Notes: generated by a model from the letters alone, not told the origin. DNA of 64,000 nucleotides from Marsupella aquatica (GCA_973895155.1 OZ316897.1:6498370-6562369); one strand, 5' to 3'; positions 1 to 11,889 are shown, counted from the stretch's first letter. Translations and numbers: made by a program.

Positions 1-142
1 AGGGTATCTGGTTCGGAAAGGACACTACTAATTGATAAACTTCAAGCGCCAATATAACAGATTAATTCTAGATGACTTTGCTTTAGAATACCTGGTTGAA
101 TGTGGCTTAGTTTTCGAAAATTCAAAACCTTATAATAAGTAC

Positions 143-353
143 CTGAGTTGTAGTCCAGACTGAGTTGGATAGTTCGTCCGTCATCGGGAGACTCCACATT
201 CCGATTAGACCACGTCACGTAAAAGTCGGAACCAATTTTGTTACCAATGCATCGGTAACAATTATTGTCGGCTGTGCACATGGTTATCAATGTTCCTAAC
301 CAGAACAGAACTAGTGTGCAACTGCTGCTCCGGCTGGGATTCGCCATTGGCAT
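143..353 (-). CDS. XTH: Xyloglucan endotransglucosylase/hydrolase (GH16), first coding exon; gene continues beyond the left edge
   Basis: MPMANPSRSSSCTLVLFWLGTLITMCTA is signal-peptide-like. It is followed by DFYVTWSNRNVESPDDGRTIQLSLDYNSG, matching the XTH N-terminal pattern (dF.itW...G..lqLsLD..SG). A phase-1 GT donor follows at 142 (CAG|GTACTT), the usual XTH intron-1 position. Start ATG is at 353 or 347. Confidence 0.8.
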
Positions 354-3300
354 CAGAACCTCCAGAACTAAATCCCTCAATGCGATGTCCAATTTCAACA
401 GGGTACTCTTAGTTATCAAAATTGGATTCAAGCCCGGAAATATTCCCAGGGCTCGAGCCGGTATGTCCTTCGCGCGCACCTGATAGATTCTCCACCGTGG
501 CACCTCGAAAGGGGTGGACTAATAAGAGACTACAACTGCGTGCTCATACTGCAGCATCCATGTTGACTAAAACTGCAGCCGAAGCTGCTTACACATTTGT
601 GCAGAATTGGAGGGTCTGCTATGGTAATACCGCGCTTGACTCTTACATTCGAATGTCCATTGTGTTCTGCTACCAGAGACGATTGCGTGAATCGATCTTC
701 TCAAGCTGGATCTAGGCTAGGCTCTGCCATATATAACTCACGACCTGTGCGCCACAAATTAGGAAATCGAAATCCACTCGTTCGATCCCGGTACAAGATG
801 CGTAACGATGTCCAACTCGAGGAAATGAGATCGATGATCAGCGTGCTTCATGGTGAGATTGGGAAACTGGTAGGACCGTGTCTTCTGGAGGCGACGGTAC
901 TCTCGGACAGTTTTGTTTGCAGTGAACCGGAAGTGTCCGCGAGGGTTATTTCCATTGCTTTTTCTTTTAGAAGTTTAGACTGCAACGGTAGCGCATTGGA
1001 CGACAGCCGGTACATGTTCAGCGAGCAATCTCGATCAGTGTCTACTGCTGGTGGCGTGCGTGGGATGAGGTCCTCAATATGTACTGAATCCAATATCGGC
1101 TGTGCCATTCATGTCTGTTGGTGCGGCACCGGCATCAGAGAGAGAGTCCTTATAACGCGTGAGGTGTGAATGCTGGTGAGTGCGAGTGCGTTCGTTTCAA
1201 TAAACTGCAACATGCAACCAATCCTATCCGAAGAATAAATGGTTCACCCGAATCACCCCACACTGATTCCTTCGTAATAGAGACGACTGGACTGGTGAAA
1301 TTGATGGGACGGCAAGCCTGCGTGCGCGACAACATATCTTTTAATACTTACTACTCGATGACTGCGAGTGGGCTAGCTGTGTACAGACAATTAAAACCAT
1401 TTGCGTACACGGCTGCGCGTCTGAAGAGACTTCGGGATGCAGTACTGGACCGCTGCTGTTGTGCTGGAGCTGTCCCCTCATGAACAGTCCATTTCGACAT
1501 TGGTTAGCAGGCGCTTGCGTACACTTCAGAAATTCCGTAGTCCTCATGCCATCTGCTGCATTAAATTACTGAACGTCGCAGGACTGCGGCCTACAGGAGC
1601 CTTCGAGATCGATGCGATGAAATGCGATGCGCTAGTTTCATTCGGGCAATTAATCGTTGATGTTGCGAACTCAGCTATTTGAAAGGGAAAGGCCTGATGC
1701 TAATCGAAGCGTGCATGATTAACGGGGAGCGGGCAATGCTGACTCTCGACATTGGCTGTGCGTAGTAGGCTATGGTAAGATCGACCTGAGATCTCTTTAA
1801 GTAATTTCGTAACGCTACTCATTTTTCGATCAGCCTGTCATCTACAGTAGAGCGGAGCCTAGTTTGATATCTTATTTAAACTTATTTGCCATCAATTTTA
1901 GACTGTCTGCACTGCAGTGTAAAACTTTCAACCATTTATAAAATAATTTGCGCTGAGTACAGTTTAGAGAGAAATAAAATGTGCAACGTATGAACCAAAT
2001 GCGAATCTTCCCGTTTTAATCACTTCTGATGAGTTTCTTGGCGAATCTCCCGTCTAAACTTCTGATGAGTTTTCTTGTCCATGCGCGCTGTCCGTAGAAA
2101 GAACACGTGACAGAAGATGGGGTGGGCCTTAGATCAGGTCTGTCAACTTGCGTAGCCATGGAGACTTATAAAAGGATCTGTTTAGGAGAGAAATTGTAGC
2201 CACGTCAAGCAGGAGATTGCCTACCAAAAAGGAGGGAGAAGAGCAGTAAGTATAATAACTACGGAATGTTGTTCGTATCCTCCCTTTGGATATCCCTCCC
2301 AGCGTTTTCACGAAGGAATTTTGAAGCAAGTAGATTTAACTGTCTTCGCTGATCTCTCCCAATGTTTTTAGGAATGAAAACCGCACCAAGTGACTTTTAG
2401 ATTTCTTTCGCGGAGCATACCTCCCATCGTTTTCAGGAAAGAAAACCAGAGCAGATAAATTTCCGTGTTGTAAGCTCAGCCCTTGCTTACACTACCACTT
2501 GCAAGTTGATAGCAAGAGACTACCAGCTCAGTTTCCTCGTTGATAGCAAATAAATTATAGTCCCGTTTCCTCCTTTCGTGAGTGATAGAGGACGGGGTTT
2601 GCCAATTGTTTTCGTGCTAACTTGGAACCATCCTTTGCGAATTAAGGGCGACGATTCTTACACAACAGTTTCGGGCCCAAATTTCCTAGCATGGGAGATA
2701 GAATCAGCGAATACCTTATAGAATGTCACTCAACGACAACATCCAGAAATGCAACTCACCTTCCCCTGATTTTTCTTGCTAATCCAGCAACAACCAGAAA
2801 AGGAACCAAAATACAGCTCCGACCGATACCAGTGAATCACTCCAGGTCCGAAAGGACACAAGCTGCGCCTATCTCTTGAAAAGACAGAATGGTCCATGAG
2901 TGCAGAGTATATTTTTTTGGCTCAATAAAGCATTAAAATAAGGTTGATGCTTGTGTACTTTGTATAAATCTGCCAACTTAGTCAACAAACTGACTTGGTC
3001 AACAAAGCGTCAACTACCACGATTGGACTCTCCCAGGAGTCGAAAGTGCACTTGGAATACATCCAGTTATCGAACATCGAAAGATACCAATCGAGAATGT
3101 CAAGAGAAAGTATATAACACATGGAAAAGGTCAGTCACGTAATGCAGAATAAAATTGCTTGGGACCAGACTTCTGTTAGCTGTTAAGTCCCAGTTTTGAC
3201 GTGATTGGGGATAGCTAAACCTACATGCTAAACTGATAGGGAACAGAAATAAAAACCTCAGCGTGGCCACATTCATTAGAAGAGAGTCGCACACGAAAAT

Positions 3301-3436
3301 GCTCTGTCCAAAAATCTGAACTATTGGGAGTCAACCCACTTCTCCACAAAAGGAAGGAGATTGAATATCTACAAAACTTTCATGAGCCATGTTACGAGCT
3401 GGTAGTATGACTTTCACAATCCATGTCGAGAAGCGA

Positions 3437-3617
3437 CTGCAGGCATGCGCATATAACTGTCAGTGACACAACGCCTAGCTGAAAATAGCTCACAGAAAAA
3501 CATTGCGATGACGTCACGCCAAGTTCTAATTCAGGCAATCTATGAGAAGTTGTAAGGAATAAGGATGATACAAGAGGCTGTTTTATATGGTTAACAACAC
3601 TTGAACAAGTCACTTAC
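3437..3617 (-). other. Predicted 181-nt intron in the 3'UTR of the MTP12-like gene
   Basis: Minus strand reads AAG|GTAAGTG at 3617, CTGAC branch-like motif at 3463-3459 and TGCAG| acceptor ending at 3437. Confidence 0.5.
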
Positions 3618-3710
3618 CTTCAGTAACATCACAAAGGGGTTTCGACTGAACAGCATCCCAGGGCTTGCCTGCACTTCTTTGCTTCACATACTGCCTTGCG
3701 CAGATTTATT

Positions 3711-6700
3711 TCATTGGTCATCGTCATGCTCCAAATCCTCAACCTCCAAGGTCAAATCCAGGATACCAGCTTCTTCAAATATTTTGGATACTTTCTTCTG
3801 CACACGCAGTTTGTTTGTTCCGATGGAAGCGTGCAGCCTCAACGTACCCACGAGTTCAGTGTTTGTGTTGCTCCATACATGAAGCTTATGCCAGTCATGT
3901 ACCCCCTCTACCTCTTCCACCTTCCTGAGTGCTTTCTGTATTCTTTTCTCTGCAGATCGTGGAACCCTTTGCAGTAACAGCTCTGCCGAGTTTCTTACCA
4001 GAGGAAGGACAGATGATACAATAAGTACGGAAATGAAAATAGAACACGCTGGATCTGTGAACAACCAACCTTTGTACTGAATCAAAAGTGTTGAAATCAC
4101 AACCCCGACACTTCCCAATGTATCAGCTAAGATATGCAGAAAAATGCCTTCCATATTGTGATCGATGTGGTGATGATCACTGTGATCATCGTGGTCGTGG
4201 TCGTGGTCGTGGTCGTGGCTGTGGCTGTGGTCGTGGTCGTGGTCGTGGCTGTGGCTGTGGTCGTGGTCGTGGCTGTGGCTGTGGTCGTGGTCGTGGTCGT
4301 GGCCATGGTGATGGACACGCAGGTGCCGTTCATTATCGTGGTGGTGATCGCCATTGCAGCTGTGACTGTGCCCGTGATCATGACCGTGATGTTCATCGCG
4401 GTGATTATCAGAATCCTCTGAGCAAGGTTGACCAGCATGGTCATGCAAATGTCCGGCTCCATGATCAGAATTTTTCCTCGTTTCTTCACTGTGAAGATCA
4501 TGATGCTGATGACTGTCTCTCCTGTCCTTCCCATCCTCTGCATTTGAATTTATAATCCCCTTATGCTGGTGCTCAGTGCCTGACTGACTACATACATTAG
4601 TGCTGTTGATACCATGCCCATGATCATGATAATGCGCAGCATGTCTACCCACCTGATGGTCATCAGAGTGCCCAGGCAACGATTGGTCAGGAGAACCATG
4701 ATGGCCATCTAGGTGGTGATGTTGGTGTGAGCAGGAGCCGGAATGCTTGTGTGTGTTCTGTAAGTTCGCCTGCTCTGCCAACGAGTTATGCTGAAAATAC
4801 TGATCCTCGTGATTGTGTGAGCAACTTGCTGAATGCTGATGCTCTGCACGTAAAGGTGAGAGCAAAGGAGACAAATGGCCAGTAGTGGAAATGTCAGTAT
4901 GATGGTGACTGTGATGGTGCGGTAAATCTCCAGTATGACCATGCTCCGTGCCTTGAGAGGGGTGCCGGTGGTGATGGTCAGATTCATAGACCTTTGAAGA
5001 AGATTGTTGAAGATTTAAAATCGGAGAGTCCTTTCCGCCACCGATGAAATCCGCAGGCACATGTGAATGAGCAAATCCAGGTTCTGATGAAGAATTATGG
5101 GAATGGGGGAACGACGTCCCAATTCTTGGAGCTGGAGTAGGTATAACTCTGTCAGAATGTGCATTATGCACATGAGTGCATGGGGCACTACCATGGGCAT
5201 GGTGGTGTGCCTCGTGAAAGAACACTAGGCCCACCACGTTAACCAAGAGCCCACCCACAGAAACAACAAGTAAACTCTCAGTGGAGATTTCTGGTGGCTC
5301 CAGAAGTCTTTCAAGAGATTCAAGAACAATGAGAGATGCCACCAGTATCAGGAAAACGCCATTGGCATAACCTGAAAGGACTTCGAATCTTCCATACCCA
5401 AAGTTGAACTTTGAGTTAGGTGGGAGGCGGGAAATGTAAGAAGCATAAAGCCCAATTGCCAATGCAGCACAATCGAATAGCATGTGACAAGCGTCCGAAA
5501 TCAGACCCAGGCTATTGCTGAGGAACCCGTACAAGAATTCCACAACCATAAAAGATGTGTTCAAAAGAAGGAACATGGCAATTTTGCGGGTCTTCACATC
5601 CGTCCATATGTGGTAAACGGGAGTTTTTATCATTGAAAACAGAGAAGCCCCCTCATACTCCTTTTCGGACATTGAGTTCCAGTCAAGGCCCCCAGAAATG
5701 AATGCCCCTGCCCTTACCCCAACAGCCAAAATTGCAGAACATACCACAAATCCCAGAAGAGAAAAGTTGGAGCCATAAGTCAGCTCCAAGAAACACACAC
5801 TGCAGACTGTGACAAAGAAATGAAACGAAGAAAGAGGAGAGATGAGAAGTTTCTCCTCCGAATAAAAATCACCATAAAATGCTACCACCATCCCGAAAGC
5901 AATCATGCTGAAGAGAGGCCAAAGTACCTGCTGGTCTATGCCACCAGTACTTCTACCCATCGGAAATGCGAGCTGAAATAATGCAACAGGAACAAATACA
6001 GCCCCAGCTGTCAGATAGGTCAGTGCCTGCAAGCGTTTCTTGGGTAGAGTGGAGAGGTTGGTGCTGGAGGGAAGGAGCTTTTGCATGGACGAAAGTAGGC
6101 CAGCGACAAGTGGTGCAAGAATACGGACATACTTGGTACAATCCTCCTCAATTGACGACTCTACATCCTGTCCGGCCAGGTAGGCCCTGGATTCCGATGT
6201 GTAGCCGATGCGAGTCGATCGAGTGAGTTTTGCTACTGATGATGACTTCCTTGATTTGGCAGCTGGAAGGAACAGAGATGAAAGAGGAGAGCAAGGTGAG
6301 ATGCCCCATCCTTGGGAAAGAAGAAACAAGCCAACCAAAAATGCGATAGCTCCTCGGAACTTAGCATCCCCGATTCCGTGGACTTTCCTCTGAGCTTTGA
6401 TCAAAACCTTCCCTACGACAGCTCCAGCATACTCGGCCAGGATGGTTTCCAACGGCCCAACATCAGCCAATCCTCGTATCCGAAACAGAAACGAAAGAGC
6501 TAGAAGCGAACCACTGACGAACAGCAACGACCACTGTGATGGCGAAATTGATCGGCCCTTCCATGGGCGCTGCAGAAACCCTAAAACCACGCTGGCTCCG
6601 AAGAATGCTAAGAAGGCAAATTTGATCACACTGGGTTGCTGTCCCTGCTCTGATCGTGTCAACCAGTGGTGTGCTGCGTAAAGGGATGACAATTGCAGCA

Positions 6701-6866
6701 AAACCGCTATCCACAGACTTCCACTATGTGGGCGCTGGTAAATTACGGGTGCAGGGGTTGGGGAGGGAGAGAAGGCAATGTGGTATTTGCTCAACCTCTG
6801 GCTTGGTGAATTTGCCAAAGATGGCACAGGTACCCGTAGGGGTGGTAAAGTTCCACGCTGCGCCAT
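3711..6866 (-). CDS. MTP12: Cation diffusion facilitator zinc transporter, MTP12/ZnT5/Msc2 type, 1051 aa, no intron in the CDS
   Basis: Long N-terminal multi-TM region, then a CDF core with Zn-site motifs LISDACHMLFD and FLHILADTLGS, FNFGYGRFEVLSGY, a His-rich cytosolic loop and a C-terminal dimerisation domain (LHVWS...VGTLRL). Confidence 0.93.
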   Translation of the reverse strand: MAQRGTLPPLRVPVPSLANSPSQRLSKYHIAFSPSPTPAPVIYQRPHSGSLWIAVLLQLSSLYAAHHWLTRSEQGQQPSVIKFAFLAFFGASVVLGFLQRPWKGRSISPSQWSLLFVSGSLLALSFLFRIRGLADVGPLETILAEYAGAVVGKVLIKAQRKVHGIGDAKFRGAIAFLVGLFLLSQGWGISPCSPLSSLFLPAAKSRKSSSVAKLTRSTRIGYTSESRAYLAGQDVESSIEEDCTKYVRILAPLVAGLLSSMQKLLPSSTNLSTLPKKRLQALTYLTAGAVFVPVALFQLAFPMGRSTGGIDQQVLWPLFSMIAFGMVVAFYGDFYSEEKLLISPLSSFHFFVTVCSVCFLELTYGSNFSLLGFVVCSAILAVGVRAGAFISGGLDWNSMSEKEYEGASLFSMIKTPVYHIWTDVKTRKIAMFLLLNTSFMVVEFLYGFLSNSLGLISDACHMLFDCAALAIGLYASYISRLPPNSKFNFGYGRFEVLSGYANGVFLILVASLIVLESLERLLEPPEISTESLLVVSVGGLLVNVVGLVFFHEAHHHAHGSAPCTHVHNAHSDRVIPTPAPRIGTSFPHSHNSSSEPGFAHSHVPADFIGGGKDSPILNLQQSSSKVYESDHHHRHPSQGTEHGHTGDLPHHHSHHHTDISTTGHLSPLLSPLRAEHQHSASCSHNHEDQYFQHNSLAEQANLQNTHKHSGSCSHQHHHLDGHHGSPDQSLPGHSDDHQVGRHAAHYHDHGHGINSTNVCSQSGTEHQHKGIINSNAEDGKDRRDSHQHHDLHSEETRKNSDHGAGHLHDHAGQPCSEDSDNHRDEHHGHDHGHSHSCNGDHHHDNERHLRVHHHGHDHDHDHSHSHDHDHSHSHDHDHDHSHSHDHDHDHDHDDHSDHHHIDHNMEGIFLHILADTLGSVGVVISTLLIQYKGWLFTDPACSIFISVLIVSSVLPLVRNSAELLLQRVPRSAEKRIQKALRKVEEVEGVHDWHKLHVWSNTNTELVGTLRLHASIGTNKLRVQKKVSKIFEEAGILDLTLEVEDLEHDDDQ
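4190..4302. repeat. Coding hexanucleotide microsatellite (GTGGTC/GTGGCT)n encoding HD/HS dipeptide repeats
   Basis: Directly visible run of gtggtc and gtggct units inside the His-rich loop. Confidence 0.95.
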
Positions 6867-7920
6867 TTCTCTCCCCCTCCTTCCTTCCTGCTTCGTCCGT
6901 TATCAGGCCAGTCTCGTTGCCTCTTCGCTCTTATCTCTTCTGCCTCTTACCCAAAACCTGGTAAAATGCTTTTCCTGCCCAAGCCTCGACCAGCTCCACT
7001 TCTCCTATTCTATTTCCTTTAGTACACAGCCGAAGAGGAGCTGCACGACCACCTCGAGAAACATGCAATACTGAGCCAGTAGATCATGAGAACTTTCAAT
7101 CTCGATACGTCAACCCAAAACCAGAGCTACACTTTTCTAATCCCTCGGGAATGAGTCTGCTCACTGTCTCCTCAAGCGACGGCAAACTCAAAACAGACGA
7201 ATCCTCCAGGCTCCTCCCGTAGCCAATCTCGAGTAAGAATGCCCTTTCTCCTTCAAGAAAAAGTTGATCGTTTACTTTCTCCCCTGTAATGGATATGCCC
7301 TTCCTTTCAGATCTTGCTCAATTCTTCTCAACGCCGTTCTCCTTGCCCAGCGAGGTCAAACGAGGCCATTCAACGGGACCAGAAAAATTAGATAGGCCCA
7401 TCCTTCTTCTATCCTGCAGAGTCTGTCCGGCGAGACACCATGCTTCTGATCGGAATATTGCCACATTGGTCAAATGCGACGACCAACAGACCTTTGCACA
7501 TATAACCACAAGGTTTCCCTTCTGATTCTATTGGTCGGAAGTCTTCTAGCATTTATGCATATCAAATTCCAATAAGCCCAGGAATCACCAGAGCTATCTA
7601 TAGATTAGCTTAAAGTCCGCTTCGGACTTGGTCAACATATCTGACCAAACAATGATAAAAGATCTAGGAACTGTACATACCTCGTCCGTTCGGCCCAGTT
7701 GTAAAATTTAGCTCAACCTGACCGACCAGAATCCCTCTAGAACTAGCTACCTCACTTCCTCGTCCATTACTTCCTTTACCAGCGTTCTGCGCCCACCATT
7801 AAATCTCAAATCTCACAACGTTGCCCACCGCCCCCATCCTTTTACAGCGCCCGATCCCTGGTTCTAACCAGGACAAATCTCGCGAAACTCGACGATCAAG
7901 GTCGTTGTCCCTACTGTGGA

Positions 7921-8042
7921 AGAAAAAGGATTTGATGGACCCCAATCTGGACATCTCTAGGAGCCCCCATGCGTCTGTCTCAGAAAAAGGATTTGATGGA
8001 CCCCAATCTGGACATCTCTAGGAGCCCCCATGCGTCTGTCTC
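7921..8042. repeat. Perfect 61-bp tandem duplication upstream of the MTP12-like gene
   Basis: agaaaaaggatttgatggac...gcgtctgtctc occurs at 7921-7981 and 7982-8042. Confidence 0.95.
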
Positions 8043-8595
8043 TCCTAGCTGATGTCAACAAAAGCCTTGAAAGACTCAATTCGAACCTCATTTTACCTGG
8101 GTCAGGCAATTTTGCCTCCAACCATGTCCCGACCCAAAAATGCTGGTGACGTCCTTGGATATCCAACCAACCGAGCTCCCGAGGGCGTTCGTTCGCTTGT
8201 CTCGAGACCCACGTCCTCCTTGCCGCACCTGAAAATCAAATTCACAATTGCTTTCTGTACATACAGGATTACAGAGGGGCTCAACACCGCTCACAGCAAA
8301 ACCCTCTTCCTAGAAACCTCGCTCAAATTCTGAGTGGCGTGCTGCTCTACTCCGATTGATTGAAGAAAATTGGCGCGCCGGGATCCCCGCGTCTAACGAC
8401 AATCCACCGGGGCAATTTAACGTTCCCGTTGCGGCAGCCGCTTCTCGTACACAATCCGTCCGTCCGGCCGTGGCTACAGTCGACGTAGTGATGTACTCTC
8501 CTCAGCAAGGATACCTACAGAGCTACCATAGTATTGATCGACTGTGCCATGGTGGCGACCCGTCAGAGTTCCGTGCGTGCGGTCCCCTTCAGAAT

Positions 8596-9572
8596 ACCCC
8601 AAGTTAAATCTACATCACATTAATGCTCCCCCACTTCCCCGGGGCGCCGTACACTGCCCGTCCCAGTCCCCAATGGTGCTGCCCGCTCCAGCCCAAGTTT
8701 GGCAGAACATAAACCAATACTCTACAATTTAAATCATGCGCTCCGGCCAGATTAACTTTGCGCCATCGACTTCAGGTTTATGTTTTGGCACCCAAAATGT
8801 TTTGTCGGCCGCTCCGGCCCGATTGACTTTGTGCCATCAACTTTTTGGAAGAAGTGTTGCCAAAACATAAACCACCACTCCATAGAGAATAAATATTTGG
8901 CACAACATAAACCAAGACTCTATCAGTCATGACTCTCGACCAAAGTATTAGGTTCCCCTTGAACATTGAGACTCTATTACAAAATAGGTATGACTCCATT
9001 GGAAAGAAGTGTTGACACAACATAAACCCTGACTCCATCGAGAAGAAGCATTTGGAAAAACATCTACCAAGACTCTAGAATCACGACTCTTAACCAAAAT
9101 ACTAGGTTGTGCCTGAACACTTAGACACTGTTACCAAACAAGCATGACTCCCTTGGAAAGAAGTGTTGCCAAAACATTAATCACAATTCCATAGAGAATA
9201 AGTATTTGACACAACATAAACCAAGACTTTATAAATCATGACTCTTAACCAAAGTACTAGGTTTGCCCTGAACACTTAGACTCTGTTGGAAAGAAGTGTT
9301 GCCAGAACATAAACCAAGACTCCACAAGGAATAAATCGATGACACAAACTTAAGTCGTCAGGCCGGAGCAAGCGAAGGTGCCAAAACATAAACCCAAAGT
9401 CGATGACCCAAAGTTTATCGGGTCGGAGCGCTTGACAAAATGGTAGAGTATTGGTTTATGTTCTGCCAAACTTGGGCCGGAGCGGGCAGCAGCATCAGGG
9501 ACTGGGACGGGCAGTGTACGGCGCCCCTGGGAAGTGGGGGAGCATTAACGTGATGTAGATTTAACTCGGGGT
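8596..9572. mobile_element. Non-autonomous Mutator-like element (long TIRs, 9-bp TSD)
   Basis: ~195-bp terminal inverted repeats (accccaagttaaatctacatcac... / ...gtgatgtagatttaactcggggt). Perfect direct repeat cttcagaat at 8587-8595 and 9573-9581. No transposase. Confidence 0.9.
8847..9345. repeat. ~154-bp tandem repeat array (about 3.3 copies) inside the Mutator-like element
   Basis: Units begin with gga(a)agaagtgttg at 8847, 9001, 9155 and 9288. Confidence 0.85.
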
Positions 9573-10579
9573 CTTCAGAATTTTACGTGCGTCAAACGGT
9601 CGTACGATGCAAATGTCGTCGCCGTTTCCAGCCCGGACGGGATAACCCGGGAGGCGGGAGCAGTCCTGGACCGTAAAATCCACGCTGGAATAAAGGTTAG
9701 TAATTTGTCCACTCAGACTCACTAGGGTGTCCTTTTATTGTTTGTTTCTGTACGTCATGATATTTTTCTCTGGAATTTTCACTACATTTATTGAGACAAT
9801 GCGCACTAAGGATTTGGATAGGCTCCTTGTGAAACTTTTCAATTACTTTTCACTAAGATAGTAAACATAAAAACTCTTTTAGGTGTATTAATGGACTGGT
9901 ACAGGAGCATTATCTCACTGATAAAGTGCAAACACGAACTAGAGATGAGAGAAGCCTCTAGATCTTGACTCTGGGTAAAGGATAAACTAATAAAGACATA
10001 ACTCTAGGTAAAGATAAACTAGTAAAAACAAAATTGAATGAATACCAAGAACAGTGACGGGACCAAATCTGAAAAGATACATCCTTTGATTATTTTGCTA
10101 AGTATTTTTTGTCTTATCTCTATTAACATACAGGATGGGCTCTAAGCATAGTTATAGTTATAGGTAATAAAACAATAGCTACCCAAAATTTGAGATGTAA
10201 TTCTCATTTCTCAGGGAATTATGTTCCTTTCTGCAGAGAACGTTGTTGTCTTCCCCCAGGCATACAAAGTGCCATGGCATTGTGTTCAAACACAAGACAT
10301 TTTGACTCAAACAACGTCTATTTAACGCGACACCCAGCATTCTGTTCGAGTTGGATGTTGTGCTTGGGTTCTGACCCTAAACTGCATGGACCACACATGC
10401 TATGCAAAATTTATGAATCATATACACAAGGCCAATATTCAAAATCAAAGGCAACATTTGAGCACAATGCCCATTTTCCGACAAAACACCTTGCAAGTAC
10501 CCAAAAAATGAAAACGGATCATCGTAACTAAAATACAACACCGGCACACTATTTGAATACAGCGCCCCATGGCCCACTA

Positions 10580-11420
10580 TTCAAATCAGCACCCAAGGAT
10601 CATTGTGAATGATGCCTATGGTCATTAGGAAAGCTCTTGAGATGGGTGTCTAAAAGAGATGAATGCGGATGACATTGCAACATACCTATTTGGAGTAGAG
10701 TAGTGAGTGGGAGAGGGCACGTCGAACCTCCTTCATTCTTTGACATTTAGTTCATTTCCTCCTCCACCTTGTGCGCAAGGTTGGAATTGTAGGGCCAGTA
10801 CATTGTCATTGGATAGGGTATAGTGGAGAGTACATAACGGTGATGAAGTCTCATGCATAAAATCATGCTAAAGTGGAAGGTGGTATTGTTGAGTGTCATC
10901 TTGAAGCAGAAAGCATGTTTTATTGAAAAAATATAATTGTAACTACACTTGATCCCAGTGCTCCAAGGAACTGGAACTGGATGGATGAGGCATCAAGGCA
11001 AGCAGACCTTGTGGATGACTGTCTCATAAGGGCAAACTAATTAACGGAAAATAAGTTTTGAGCTTCTCCAACTCAGTACATTTATGCTGTATAATTTGCC
11101 TAAGATTGTTGAGGATTGGACAACTTTTATGAGGTGGAAAAGGCAAATAGTCGTTGGCCAAGCATCTTCCCAAAGTTTGTCCCATACACAAAGTTGGACC
11201 AAGGGGAAGTGTGGCAAATTTTCCTTTGGTTACAAACAACCTTTGCACCTTGGTTCATGGACCACTACCTAAGTTGACAATTTGGACAACCATGTGGTCA
11301 AACGGAAGACATTGTTGTGTGCAACTGCTTGATGAGAAGAGGGCAACTACATAGGGTTGCGGGGTGATGGTTTGCTTCATCCACAATTCACAAAGAACAT
11401 ATGATTTGATAGGAATCCCA
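10580..11420 (+). pseudogene. Degenerate CACTA/En-Spm (TNP2-like) transposase fragment
   Basis: Translation across frameshifts and stops gives PPSFFDI..HFLLHLV...GPVHCHW...NHAKVEGGIVECHLEAE and LVHGP...WSNG...DEKRATT.GCGV, matching the DUF4218 and downstream regions of CACTA transposases. Confidence 0.65.
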
Positions 11421-11889
11421 AAGTGAGGCTCTGAATATGATTTGAAATCCTGTAACTTTACTTAGGGCCCTCCTTTGATACGCCCTAATGGGCCCACTAA
11501 TTCTTGTACCATGTGGGATTCGTAAAGACCGTACCTCAATGGGCCCACTCCAGTAGTTCTTTCTTTTGCCTCAAAAGCTCTACCTCGGGGTTCACTATAT
11601 GGAGGGCCATACATCGCGTGCTACTTTTAGGGTTTGACCCCCTAATTTATAAGTGAAAATTTGTTTGCAACACCCTTTCTTTCTTTAAATTTTGCCATAA
11701 TTTACTAAAAAGACCCTTTAGAAAATTAGGAAAATACTTTTTACAATTAAATAGGCCTATTTGTTCTTTAAAGTTGACCAATCAATAAAGCATGCCCTAT
11801 TTGTTCTTCCACCAAACTTTGGAAGTCTTCCGCCATACCATTTAAATGGGCTTATACTTTGTCGCACATGATGTGCGACTTCCATGGAA

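Noticed and set aside
597-1682. ORFs of 80-190 aa upstream of XTH
   Set aside because: No recognisable domain or coding-like composition; probably UTR, intron or promoter.
4088-4555. ORFs with poly-Val, poly-Thr or RG/CG repeats
   Set aside because: They are alternative-frame and antisense readings of the His-loop microsatellite in the MTP12-like CDS.
8847-9345. Repeat array as a possible CRISPR
   Set aside because: The whole unit repeats, there are no variable spacers or cas genes, and it lies inside a TIR element.
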